Notes: generated by a model from the letters alone, not told the origin. Counted from the first letter of the stretch, positions 1 through 8,098 are shown. The stretch: 14,286 nt of DNA from an uncultured Fibrobacterales bacterium (GCA_963934255.1 CAWVXU010000067.1:1-14286), one strand, 5' to 3'. Program-made: numbers and translations.

Positions 1-288
1 ATCTTCTTTTCGAATGACAAAAAGCTCATCACCACCAGATGGAATAATGGTATCTCTCAATGTAAATGAGTAAAGATCTTCTCGAGAATCAGTTATAAAA
101 TAATCAGATAAGTTAATATCAATCGGGCCGGTGTTATAGAGTTCAGTTTAATCAGAATATTTTTCAGATTCGTCTAAAAAGTTAGGCGATGGATTTGGAG
201 TCGTCGGCTCGGCCAATTTGATTTTAGGATCACAAATATCATAGAGAAAAAAGAAACAAAGAAAATTTGGTGGATAAAAATTGTTTAT
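1..288 (-). pseudogene. Lamin-tail-domain (LTD) gene interrupted by an in-frame TAA; truncated by the window edge
   Basis: Reading through the TAA at 150-148 in the frame of ORF 148..408 gives KIKLAEPTTPNPSPNFLDESEKYSD*TELYNTGPIDINLSDYFITDSREDLYSFTLRDTIIPSGGDELFVIRKED, open to base 1. This matches the bacterial LTD pattern (INE...N...DE.G.YSDWIELYN.....IDLSGY.LTD......TIIP.GG). There is no in-frame ATG after the upstream gene. The 5' end is placed at ATA 288, which is a guess. Confidence 0.75.
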
Positions 289-304
289 GACGGAATCACT
301 TAAC

Positions 305-790
305 CTACTTAGGCATAGTGTCAGGAGAATTGTCGGTATCTTTTGATGGGTCAATATTTTTGGTAGTTGGAGAGATTTTAATAAGTGAAAGAATAAATAA
401 GGCGACAAAGAGAAATGCTGTACACATAATAGCTTCTATATATAAATCAAGCCCGATAGCCATACCTACACCAAGAAGCATAAACATCTTAGCAGCATCC
501 ATGGGGTTTTTGACAGGTGCTCTAAATCTTACAAAGGATCCAATCCCAAAAATCCCAAAGGCACGAGCAGTGCTATCACCAATGACATTAATTAAAAGTG
601 CCCCAGCCACACAAAGAAGTATTTGCGCCTTTGCTATTTTAAGCGGGTTTTCTTTTGAGAATGTTTTTTTCCAATCCGTAGGATGAAGAGCAATGATCAA
701 GCCAACAACGAACGCCAAAGTTAGCTGAAATAACATAATCTTAGGTTCAATATTAATTTCTGATGATATATCTGAAAAAAGTTCATTCAT
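305..790 (-). CDS. DUF4956-family (MgtC/SapB-like) membrane protein
   Basis: 161 aa with about 4-5 hydrophobic helices. Motif AFGIFGIGSFVRFRAPVKNPMDAAKMFMLLGVGMAIG matches the DUF4956 'VRFR.PVK.P.D' signature. 8-nt ATGAATGA overlap with the upstream gene. Confidence 0.85.
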   Translation of the reverse strand: MNELFSDISSEINIEPKIMLFQLTLAFVVGLIIALHPTDWKKTFSKENPLKIAKAQILLCVAGALLINVIGDSTARAFGIFGIGSFVRFRAPVKNPMDAAKMFMLLGVGMAIGLDLYIEAIMCTAFLFVALFILSLIKISPTTKNIDPSKDTDNSPDTMPK

Positions 791-2489
791 TGGTGTTTTC
801 CAATCTATTGCGTTTGTCTTCTTGATTTAAAATAGTTTTAAAGAGAAGAAGTTGTTGAGATTTTGTTTGTATGGCTTTTTGAAACCAAGGATTAGCGGAC
901 AATGGTTTTTCAAAAAATGATAACCCTTGGGATTCATAAACGAGCTGAGGTGAAATATCCCAATATTTATTTCTAATAGACTCAGCTTTTGGATGAATTG
1001 AATGTTTGATGGAATCTAGGAGTTCAACCCAAGCTTTGGCCCCAAGTTGACGTTGATTCCAAGAAGCATCGTCTTCAATGTATTTTAAGGTTTTCAAAAC
1101 TAGTTTGGGCGCGCGTTTTATGTTTTCATCACGCCATTGAAGAGCAAGCGGATGGTCTGTGTTTGATAAGCCTTTGAGAGAACTCAAGGTCGCCCATATG
1201 TGTTCATCGTATAGGGTTTCACGTATTTCCCAGGACCTTGGCGTATTGATAAAGCTAAGACTTTGCAAAACATCATTTTTATACTTGTTACGAATTTTAG
1301 AGGCTTTAAAAGCAAAGCTTCTGATCTCCCATGCTTGAGATGAGTCAAGACCTGCGAGTGATTGAAGCACATCACTTGGGTAGGAATTGAAATAATTGTG
1401 TCGTAATTGATAGACCCAATCTTCTTCGCATCCTTTGAGAAGTTGGAAAAATTCACTCGGATTGACATCAAAGTATTTTTGAATCAACTCTTTTTCCCAT
1501 GTAATAAACTCAAACCCAGCTAAAGCTTTAATTCCTGCAATTTGGATTTGCACATCCTTTGATTGAAGCGCTCTTGAAACCAAAGGGGCCTTTAATGCTT
1601 CAGAATTGCTCCCATTTAGGGAGTAGAGCGAGGCCAAGAAATTTTCATCAATGAGTATTGTTCTTAAATCATTCCAATCACCATGATGGAGCCCTGACAA
1701 CAAATACCCTTGGAGCATTGAATGCGATTGGTGATAAGATTTAAGGTAAACACTTCTAAGGTCATGAAGATTGGTAAAAGTTTGATCAGTTAAGAGTGAA
1801 TTTTGAACCATACATTTTTGATTCATGATAGGGTGATTTATGCTAATAGAATATTGATCAATTAATCGAGTGAGTATAGCTTGAAAAGCATAGTCAGTAT
1901 TGTGACCATTATTGTCTATATATGACCAACGGGGATTGTTGTGAGATAAGCGCTTGTAACCCTCGCGCATCAGCTTACGGAATGTCAGGCCCCAGAGTCC
2001 TTTTCTTGAGTTCATTTTATTACTGGGTTCAATAAGTTTTCCGAGTTTTTTCCGAGTTTGGGAAACGTCAAGACTAACATCACAAAAAAATACAGTCTCG
2101 GGTTCATTACCTTCCCAAAGCTCATTAACTAACTGCTCTACGAGAGGACTTTGTATGCCACGGATATCCTTGGCCATAACTAAAGGAGAGTACATTGATC
2201 GATCTGCGATGACAAATGTATTTTCATCAACTTCAAGGCTTCGAACTTTTTCATCAAAGACTTGTTTTTCTCTAGCCAAATACAATAAAAACTCAGTCCA
2301 AGTAGACATTGAAAGATTAGCAGGGTCTTTGGCTAAATTGCGAATGGTATTAGCAACTGGGCTGAGTAATTCTTTGCCTTGGCGTAAGTTAACGACGCGA
2401 TATCCCGATTCTTTAAGGGCAATTGACACCATCGAGGAAAGCGTCGTTTTTCCTGAACCATCAATTCCTTCAAAACAAATAAATGGCAT
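783..2489 (-). CDS. Thymidylate-kinase-fold protein fused to a C-terminal alpha-helical repeat region
   Basis: 568 aa. N-terminal FICFEGIDGSGKTT P-loop, TEFLLYLARE helix, and ADRSMYS (DR motif) of dTMP kinases. The roughly 350 extra C-terminal residues contain repeats of the form L.SL.G.....AW.IR. TAATG overlap with the porin gene. Confidence 0.85.
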   Translation of the reverse strand: MPFICFEGIDGSGKTTLSSMVSIALKESGYRVVNLRQGKELLSPVANTIRNLAKDPANLSMSTWTEFLLYLAREKQVFDEKVRSLEVDENTFVIADRSMYSPLVMAKDIRGIQSPLVEQLVNELWEGNEPETVFFCDVSLDVSQTRKKLGKLIEPSNKMNSRKGLWGLTFRKLMREGYKRLSHNNPRWSYIDNNGHNTDYAFQAILTRLIDQYSISINHPIMNQKCMVQNSLLTDQTFTNLHDLRSVYLKSYHQSHSMLQGYLLSGLHHGDWNDLRTILIDENFLASLYSLNGSNSEALKAPLVSRALQSKDVQIQIAGIKALAGFEFITWEKELIQKYFDVNPSEFFQLLKGCEEDWVYQLRHNYFNSYPSDVLQSLAGLDSSQAWEIRSFAFKASKIRNKYKNDVLQSLSFINTPRSWEIRETLYDEHIWATLSSLKGLSNTDHPLALQWRDENIKRAPKLVLKTLKYIEDDASWNQRQLGAKAWVELLDSIKHSIHPKAESIRNKYWDISPQLVYESQGLSFFEKPLSANPWFQKAIQTKSQQLLLFKTILNQEDKRNRLENTNE

Positions 2490-3613
2490 TAAATTTTTCC
2501 TTTGGTTGAGATTAAATATAAAAGTTGAAGGCCAACTTCATCCCAATCTAATCTTTCCTTAAACTCATTATATTTCATAAGATTATTTAAACTCAATGAT
2601 ACTTTTGGAGTTTTGTTATGGTTTAAAAATTTGAGCCATACTCCATTACGGATGTAATTAACATTACCCGTTTGCTTTTCAATTCTTTCGTATTGAGTCA
2701 GTGGTGCGACAACATAATCATCGTTGATTTTAAACGTATACTCGAGAAGTGTCCGGTTTGAAGAGATGCTTTGTTCATCAACAGAGCCAAGTGTCTTAAT
2801 GTAAAGAGCAACCTCAGGGTCAAATTTAATATACTCAAACTCAATACGCCAATGAGAAGGGGTGAAGCTCGCCCATAGGCTCAAGTTATTAGAACGATAG
2901 TATTCGTCTTCAAATAATTTGATTGCATCTGAAAGCCAGGAAGCGCCTAAGGAAGCATATGAAAATTCTTGAATAAACTCAATATTGGTCATTTGGATGA
3001 TTTCTAGCCCGGGTAATTTAACAATGTTTGGTGAATTGAAAAAGCTGAGACTTAGTTTCTGATCCCAGGGTGTTTTACTTTGAAATTGAAGCCCGTTGTG
3101 CCGCGAACTTGAAATATTATCCTTAATGATACTTGTTGATTTGGATCGTTCATGCACAGCTATATCATTTGAACTTCTTTGGAAATCTAACCCAAATGGA
3201 ACTTTAAGCCGACCGGATTTAAGCTCAATATATTTATTGGCTTTCATATAAATGAAGGCATTTAAAAGTTTTGGTTTGACGAAGTCATAACCGAAGTCAA
3301 GTCCAAAAGGTTGAGATTTCTTGGGTTTAATTTTGATTGCAACTTTAGCACTCGCCATTTCTTGAGTAAAGGAGCCTTCATCAGAAATGCCAATTAGTGA
3401 ACCACCTGGGTCAAGATAGATATGAGGCTTTAATCTAACAATTAGATTAAATTTATTTTTAAATGAAGCTTTTGATTTGGATAATAAGACACTCGAATCC
3501 TGTTCAGTCAAAGTTTGTCCATAAGATGTCCCCAACAGAAGTATTATTATAAGGACTATATAAGGAGAAGTGCGAGAATTGAATTGTAGTGAATAAACGA
3601 ATAACAACTTCAT
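2489..3613 (-). CDS. Outer-membrane porin, OprO/OprP (phosphate-selective) like
   Basis: 374 aa with a signal-peptide-like N-terminus (YIVLIIILLLGTSYG/Q). Segment YDFVKPKLLNAFIYMKANKYIELKSGRLKVPFGLDFQRSSNDIAVHERS fits the Porin_O_P 'L.DAY...G.FK.PFGLE...SS.....ERS' pattern. Amphipathic beta strands. ATGA overlap at 3610-3613. Confidence 0.75.
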   Translation of the reverse strand: MKLLFVYSLQFNSRTSPYIVLIIILLLGTSYGQTLTEQDSSVLLSKSKASFKNKFNLIVRLKPHIYLDPGGSLIGISDEGSFTQEMASAKVAIKIKPKKSQPFGLDFGYDFVKPKLLNAFIYMKANKYIELKSGRLKVPFGLDFQRSSNDIAVHERSKSTSIIKDNISSSRHNGLQFQSKTPWDQKLSLSFFNSPNIVKLPGLEIIQMTNIEFIQEFSYASLGASWLSDAIKLFEDEYYRSNNLSLWASFTPSHWRIEFEYIKFDPEVALYIKTLGSVDEQSISSNRTLLEYTFKINDDYVVAPLTQYERIEKQTGNVNYIRNGVWLKFLNHNKTPKVSLSLNNLMKYNEFKERLDWDEVGLQLLYLISTKGKI

Positions 3614-5694
3614 GAATTCACCCTTTTGGTTGCAAGTAACTCATAGCAACAGCGATAAAGGATATTACCAATTTGTTCATGTAAACTAAATGATTGCAAA
3701 AAGAAAGATGCCGCTTGTGAATCAATTTCACCAGTACCAACGGCTTTCAAAGCCTTCCTATGGGCGCGTCGTTCTGTTCTATTAATTTCAATTTCGAAAA
3801 ATTGGGCTTCACTCAAATCTTGGCTTTCTGGATTTTCAATAATATCACTGAGAATGAGAAAGTTTTTAATTAAATACTTTCTCATTCGAAGCTTACGAGT
3901 AACATCGCGTTCGAAATCATCCCCAGGAATCTGAGAAATCTCTAGTTCACTTTTAAATAGATAGATAAATAACTTATACAATTTTTGATATTCAAAAATA
4001 AAGCTCATCCAGATATCTAGTTCTTTGTTGACTTTTTTATCAGGCGAATGACCTTTGTATTGGAGGAGAAGAGATTGTATCTTCATCCTTGCCTCTTTAA
4101 GTTCGCGACGAAGCCTGTAGAAATATTTGTGGTTAGTGTGCTGAGGGTTACCGATCAGTTCAAAACACTCCATTGTTTTCTGATTAAGAATACCAATAAC
4201 ATGTTTTACTTTTTGAAGCTCTTCTTGTTCTTTTTCACCAAAATGGGTTTCATCACAAAATTCAACGCCATAGACGCTGGTTAATGGTTTGTTTAATTGT
4301 CCGATTTTTGAGTTGCGAATATAGAGCCATAAACGATTTGAAATTAACCACCCAAATAATAGTACATAGAGTAAATACAATAAGTAAGCCGAAGAGATAT
4401 GGAGTGCCATTTGAGGGAAAATAATTTTTGAATCGTTATCAACAAGGTCAACAGAATGAGGAATAAGTATTTCGATATAATTAACATATGGCTTAGAAAA
4501 TAAACCCCAAATAACCCATAGACTGACATGAATTACCAATTGTAAAATGGCAGTTTGTCTTGAGTCTAAGCTTTTGGTTCTTGTATGCCAATAAAGTGCA
4601 ATACTAGACCCAATAGGCATTCCACAGACGATGGCGAAGCTGTTGTAGAAATCCAGAGCCGTGGAAGTTTGCGCTAGAGTGATGATAATGATTAAAACGA
4701 TACTTGAGCTACCAAGTAGAATCGTCAAAACAGCACCAATTAACCCCATAACGTAATATTGAGCAAAGCCTAATGAATCGAGTGAACTTACGATTGTGTT
4801 CGACTCAGGATGAAAGGCCAGGGGAGCAAAGCCATTTTTGATCAAGTGAGCCCCGTAGAGTAACATCCCAAATCCTAAAAACGCATTAATTGTTGGATGA
4901 AACTCTCTACGTCCTTTAAAAAATGCTCGAAGAAGCATCCCTATAAGTACAATAAAAAGCGAGTTTTGAACTATATTGAAATGAAGTAAGAAGCCGATGA
5001 GGCTCCCGCCTATATGCGAGCCTAGTGAAAATAAAACGGCATGACTCAGCTGAATCGCTTCTACTTCTATGAGTCCAATGACAAAATAGGCAAAACTAGA
5101 GGGTGATTGTAATATGAATGTAAAGAATGCACTAGCTCCAATAATCCTAAAATCAGTTCGGCTAAAAAATTGAATCATCCGTTTGAGTTTGACGGAGCCT
5201 ATGGATTTGAAACCAGATTTAAGAAGCGCTAGTCCGATGATGAAAATTGCAACTCCACCAAAACCGAAATGAAAAATTTTCCTCCAATTGAGTTTTTTAA
5301 TTTCCAGACTTTTTCCATTTGAACATGTTTTATTTTTACAGACTTTAATATCATATTGCCTGGTAGATAATTTAGCTGGTAAAATAAATTGAACCTGTTG
5401 GTTAGTCCATGATGATATTTTTAGAGACGATTCAATTTCAGGATTTTCTTGATCTTGACTTAATATAACTCGACCGATTAAACTATCAAATCGTTCCCCC
5501 TGAATTGTGATTGTATCGCCAGCGAAAGCAGTTTTAGGATGTATTTTTTTAATTTTAGGATTAGTTTTGACCGCATCTTTGAGTGGGACCTGTAGTGTGG
5601 AATCACTTTGTGCAAAGCTATTTTGGGTACACAGGGCTAACGTAAATAGTGTTATAATAAAAATATGATGAAATGTTTCTAGAACTCTTTTCAT
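3610..5694 (-). CDS. Na/Pi-cotransporter family (NptA/YjbB/SLC34-like) protein with N-terminal signal peptide plus IPT/TIG domain and C-terminal PhoU-like domain
   Basis: 694 aa. GGVAIFIIGLALLKSGF...LQSPSS...LGSHIG and a second repeat FLGFGMLLYGAHLIKNGFAPL...LGSSS give the two Na_Pi_cotrans repeats. C-terminal EIEINRTERRAHRK...HEQIGN is PhoU-like. N-terminal PKIKKIHPKTAFAGDTITIQGERF...ISSWTNQQVQFILP is IPT/TIG. Confidence 0.85.
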   Translation of the reverse strand: MKRVLETFHHIFIITLFTLALCTQNSFAQSDSTLQVPLKDAVKTNPKIKKIHPKTAFAGDTITIQGERFDSLIGRVILSQDQENPEIESSLKISSWTNQQVQFILPAKLSTRQYDIKVCKNKTCSNGKSLEIKKLNWRKIFHFGFGGVAIFIIGLALLKSGFKSIGSVKLKRMIQFFSRTDFRIIGASAFFTFILQSPSSFAYFVIGLIEVEAIQLSHAVLFSLGSHIGGSLIGFLLHFNIVQNSLFIVLIGMLLRAFFKGRREFHPTINAFLGFGMLLYGAHLIKNGFAPLAFHPESNTIVSSLDSLGFAQYYVMGLIGAVLTILLGSSSIVLIIIITLAQTSTALDFYNSFAIVCGMPIGSSIALYWHTRTKSLDSRQTAILQLVIHVSLWVIWGLFSKPYVNYIEILIPHSVDLVDNDSKIIFPQMALHISSAYLLYLLYVLLFGWLISNRLWLYIRNSKIGQLNKPLTSVYGVEFCDETHFGEKEQEELQKVKHVIGILNQKTMECFELIGNPQHTNHKYFYRLRRELKEARMKIQSLLLQYKGHSPDKKVNKELDIWMSFIFEYQKLYKLFIYLFKSELEISQIPGDDFERDVTRKLRMRKYLIKNFLILSDIIENPESQDLSEAQFFEIEINRTERRAHRKALKAVGTGEIDSQAASFFLQSFSLHEQIGNILYRCCYELLATKRVNS

Positions 5695-6506
5695 GAGTTT
5701 ACCTCCACATCTTTATTTGTACCAGTCACTTTTTTCATACATTCGGTAAATTTTGAATATTGCTGTGGCTGACTATCACCGATGAGTTCATTCAGCCACT
5801 TGGGCCATTCTTTAAGAGATTTAACTTCAAGGATAACTTTTGTTTCGTCATAGATGCTGTCGGGCAAGTGATCCTTGCGCCATGAAAAGTCTCCTTCAAA
5901 TTCAGTCTGATTCATTTTATGGAAGCTCATCTCTTGATCTAATGAAATCCTTAGCCCCATCTCTTCATTTTCATAAGCATTTCTAGCATAATGAACAACA
6001 GCTACTGGCCTTATCTCATCATAGGCAAATTGTTTAATGACGGTTGAGAATGGTTTATCTTCAAATTCTGGGTTGACTTTTTTAAGTTCGTTTAAAAAAT
6101 GTTCATTTGACATATGTTCTTTTTTGGCCGTTTGTAAAAGTACACGTGGAATCATCAATCTTTTTTTTGAAGTAATATTTTGGTTCTTAGCTTTGATTTC
6201 CAAGAAGATATCCTGTTTATGTTCATATAGCTCATCGAGATTCAGTGCGTGCTCTATTAGTTCATGGTTGTAATAATAATATTCGCGCGCTCGAATCTTT
6301 GTGTTCTGTGTGGGGTCTTTTATACTTTGATTAAATAAACTGAGGTTATTCGTATCAAAATAAACGGTAGAGACCAGAGTCAAAACTTTGCCTTTGATAA
6401 AACTATGAGCATTGATATACTTCTTTAATTTTTTTTTGAATTGACGCGCTTCATCACCATCAAGTAGAAACTTGCGTTCTTTCCGGGATAAGGTCATTTG
6501 ATTCAT
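5691..6506 (-). CDS. VTC-domain protein (polyphosphate polymerase domain, CYTH/TTM fold)
   Basis: 271 aa with the VTC motifs in order: RKERKFLL, STVYFDT, KIRAREY, FLEIK, KKR, YARNAY, RISLD, ILEVK, YSKF. ATGA overlap with the downstream gene. Confidence 0.9.
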   Translation of the reverse strand: MNQMTLSRKERKFLLDGDEARQFKKKLKKYINAHSFIKGKVLTLVSTVYFDTNNLSLFNQSIKDPTQNTKIRAREYYYYNHELIEHALNLDELYEHKQDIFLEIKAKNQNITSKKRLMIPRVLLQTAKKEHMSNEHFLNELKKVNPEFEDKPFSTVIKQFAYDEIRPVAVVHYARNAYENEEMGLRISLDQEMSFHKMNQTEFEGDFSWRKDHLPDSIYDETKVILEVKSLKEWPKWLNELIGDSQPQQYSKFTECMKKVTGTNKDVEVNS

Positions 6507-6577
6507 ATCTAAAACTGCTTTTTATCTTAAAATAGATTGAAAAAGGGCTTTCAAGCTATGAGTTGCACTCTGATTAG

Positions 6578-6606
6578 ATTATATGATTAAAAAACCAATC
6601 ACTCTA
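6578..6606 (-). promoter_or_regulatory. Possible sigma70-type promoter for the VTC operon
   Basis: Perfect TATAAT on the minus strand at 6583-6578 in the 114-bp gap. The hexamer 17 nt upstream (TAGAGT) is only a weak -35. Confidence 0.3.
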
Positions 6607-6620
6607 GTCATTTTGAATAT

Positions 6621-7427
6621 CTAGACCGGTTTTTTGAGAATCACGAGATGATAGTGCCAAGTCAGTGGTAAAACAGGTGTTTCTTGAAGAGAAGATTGCT
6701 CTTGGTAGGCATTTTCATACTGTTTTTGCCAATTTTTGAAAATTGAAGGAGTGAGTGAAAATACTGAGGCATCGTCACGAGCCCCCATAGCCTTAATATG
6801 TTTCAATATCTCACGAAAGTTTTTAAAAGATTCAGAGGTTTTTTTTGACTCAAGAGTGATGATTTCAAACCCAACTTCATGCGCCAGTTTGTGAATGGAC
6901 TCTGCAGAGTAAAACTGTACTTGAGTTTTATCTAATGGCTGATACCCAAGTGCTTTGCTTGCACTCTGATAGAATTCAAAAAAATGTTCTTCACCGAATG
7001 CACTAAAGGCCATAATTGATTTTGGATCTAATCTATCATATGATTTCTGTAAAAATCCTTTAAAATCATTTAACCATTGGACAGTGGCATTTGAAATATA
7101 GGCACTAGCACAGGTAGGGAGGTTATGCTTTTCAATGTTGGCTTCAATAAAATTTGTACGCGCCTGAGTTCCCATTTGATTGACATTCATTTGACATTGA
7201 AAAAGCATTGATAGTGAGAAGTCTACGAAGTCAAGCTCCAAGCAATCAACGTCTTGAGCTAAAAGACAACTTAAGTGACCTGTACCCACGCCATATTCCA
7301 TGACTCGGCCCGGTATAAATTGACCTTTGAATACATCATAGAGCTCAAGAGCCATTTGCTTTTGCACTGAACTATGACGATGATAGCTTGCGCCAGCGTC
7401 ACTAAAATTTTTTTGAACAAAACTCAT
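6621..7427 (-). CDS. bioC: Malonyl-ACP O-methyltransferase BioC
   Basis: VQKNFSDAGASYHRHSSVQKQMA N-terminus, MEYGVGTG SAM motif, SNATVQW, ILKHIKAMGA, PLTWH; located in a biotin cluster. Start moved from TTG 7457 to ATG 7427, which removes the overlap with the upstream gene. Confidence 0.88.
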   Translation of the reverse strand: MSFVQKNFSDAGASYHRHSSVQKQMALELYDVFKGQFIPGRVMEYGVGTGHLSCLLAQDVDCLELDFVDFSLSMLFQCQMNVNQMGTQARTNFIEANIEKHNLPTCASAYISNATVQWLNDFKGFLQKSYDRLDPKSIMAFSAFGEEHFFEFYQSASKALGYQPLDKTQVQFYSAESIHKLAHEVGFEIITLESKKTSESFKNFREILKHIKAMGARDDASVFSLTPSIFKNWQKQYENAYQEQSSLQETPVLPLTWHYHLVILKKPV

Positions 7428-7441
7428 GCTTGCCTTAGGTT

Positions 7442-8098
7442 CTATTGGTTTAACCAATCCTCGTAAATTGGATCAAGTAAATAGTGTTCTGCATTATGAT
7501 CCAAGTTGTCGAGAACTGTTAATTTAGTAAACTGTGCTTCTTTGTTCAGAGCCGGAAGGATTTGCGGATTTAAAATTTCATCTTGAAGTCCAATAACTGT
7601 AGTACAGTCAAGCTCGCCTAATTCAGCAATTTCATTCATAGGGCTTGACTTCATGAGTTGTTCTAAGCCTGTATCTAGAACATCGATGGACACATCTTTA
7701 AGGCTGTCCATATAAGAATCTAGTTGCCCACCTCTGATGCCGACATTGCCAAGAAAAGAGATGAGAACAGGTTCTTTTTTGAGCTTAAGTGCTTTTTGCA
7801 TTTTAGACAAAACTCGCTGTTTGACGCCAAGTTTTTCATGACAAAAATCCAATGCAGGTGCGATAAATAAAACTTTTGAATTAATGAAACATTTCGCGAG
7901 CTTTTTGGCACCCAGACTCCAAGCCACAATGTGAGATGGTTTGTAGTCATCGATAATAATTTGAAGTTCTTTGTGGTTGATTGTTTGAGTAAATGACACC
8001 CAATGATGATCCATATCTGGATTCATGGCTTGAATATGCTCTTTAAATTCATTTGAAAAATGACAAGCCCAACCGGGTATCCATAAACAATTATTCAT
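7442..8098 (-). CDS. Alpha/beta hydrolase, probable pimeloyl-ACP methyl ester esterase (BioH-like)
   Basis: 218 aa. IPGW oxyanion loop, AWSLG nucleophile elbow, GLQDEIL acid, and LDH catalytic His. Sits between bioF and bioC. The exact subfamily (BioH/BioG/other) is not resolved. Confidence 0.8.
   Translation of the reverse strand: MNNCLWIPGWACHFSNEFKEHIQAMNPDMDHHWVSFTQTINHKELQIIIDDYKPSHIVAWSLGAKKLAKCFINSKVLFIAPALDFCHEKLGVKQRVLSKMQKALKLKKEPVLISFLGNVGIRGGQLDSYMDSLKDVSIDVLDTGLEQLMKSSPMNEIAELGELDCTTVIGLQDEILNPQILPALNKEAQFTKLTVLDNLDHNAEHYLLDPIYEDWLNQ

Noticed and set aside
148..150. TAA reassigned to Trp (alternative genetic code)
   Set aside because: TAA terminates intact genes here (porin, BioD-BioF, YccA), and other ORFs use TGG for Trp with no internal stops.
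148..408. 86-aa ORF as a standalone protein
   Set aside because: Its first third overlaps the DUF4956 gene out of frame; the remainder is better explained as the 5' part of the interrupted LTD gene.
783..2489. Assigning the gene symbol tmk
   Set aside because: The length, basic LID and operon context make housekeeping dTMP kinase function uncertain.
6507..6620. Pho box upstream of the VTC operon
   Set aside because: No CTGTCAT-like 11-bp-periodic direct repeats are visible on either strand.
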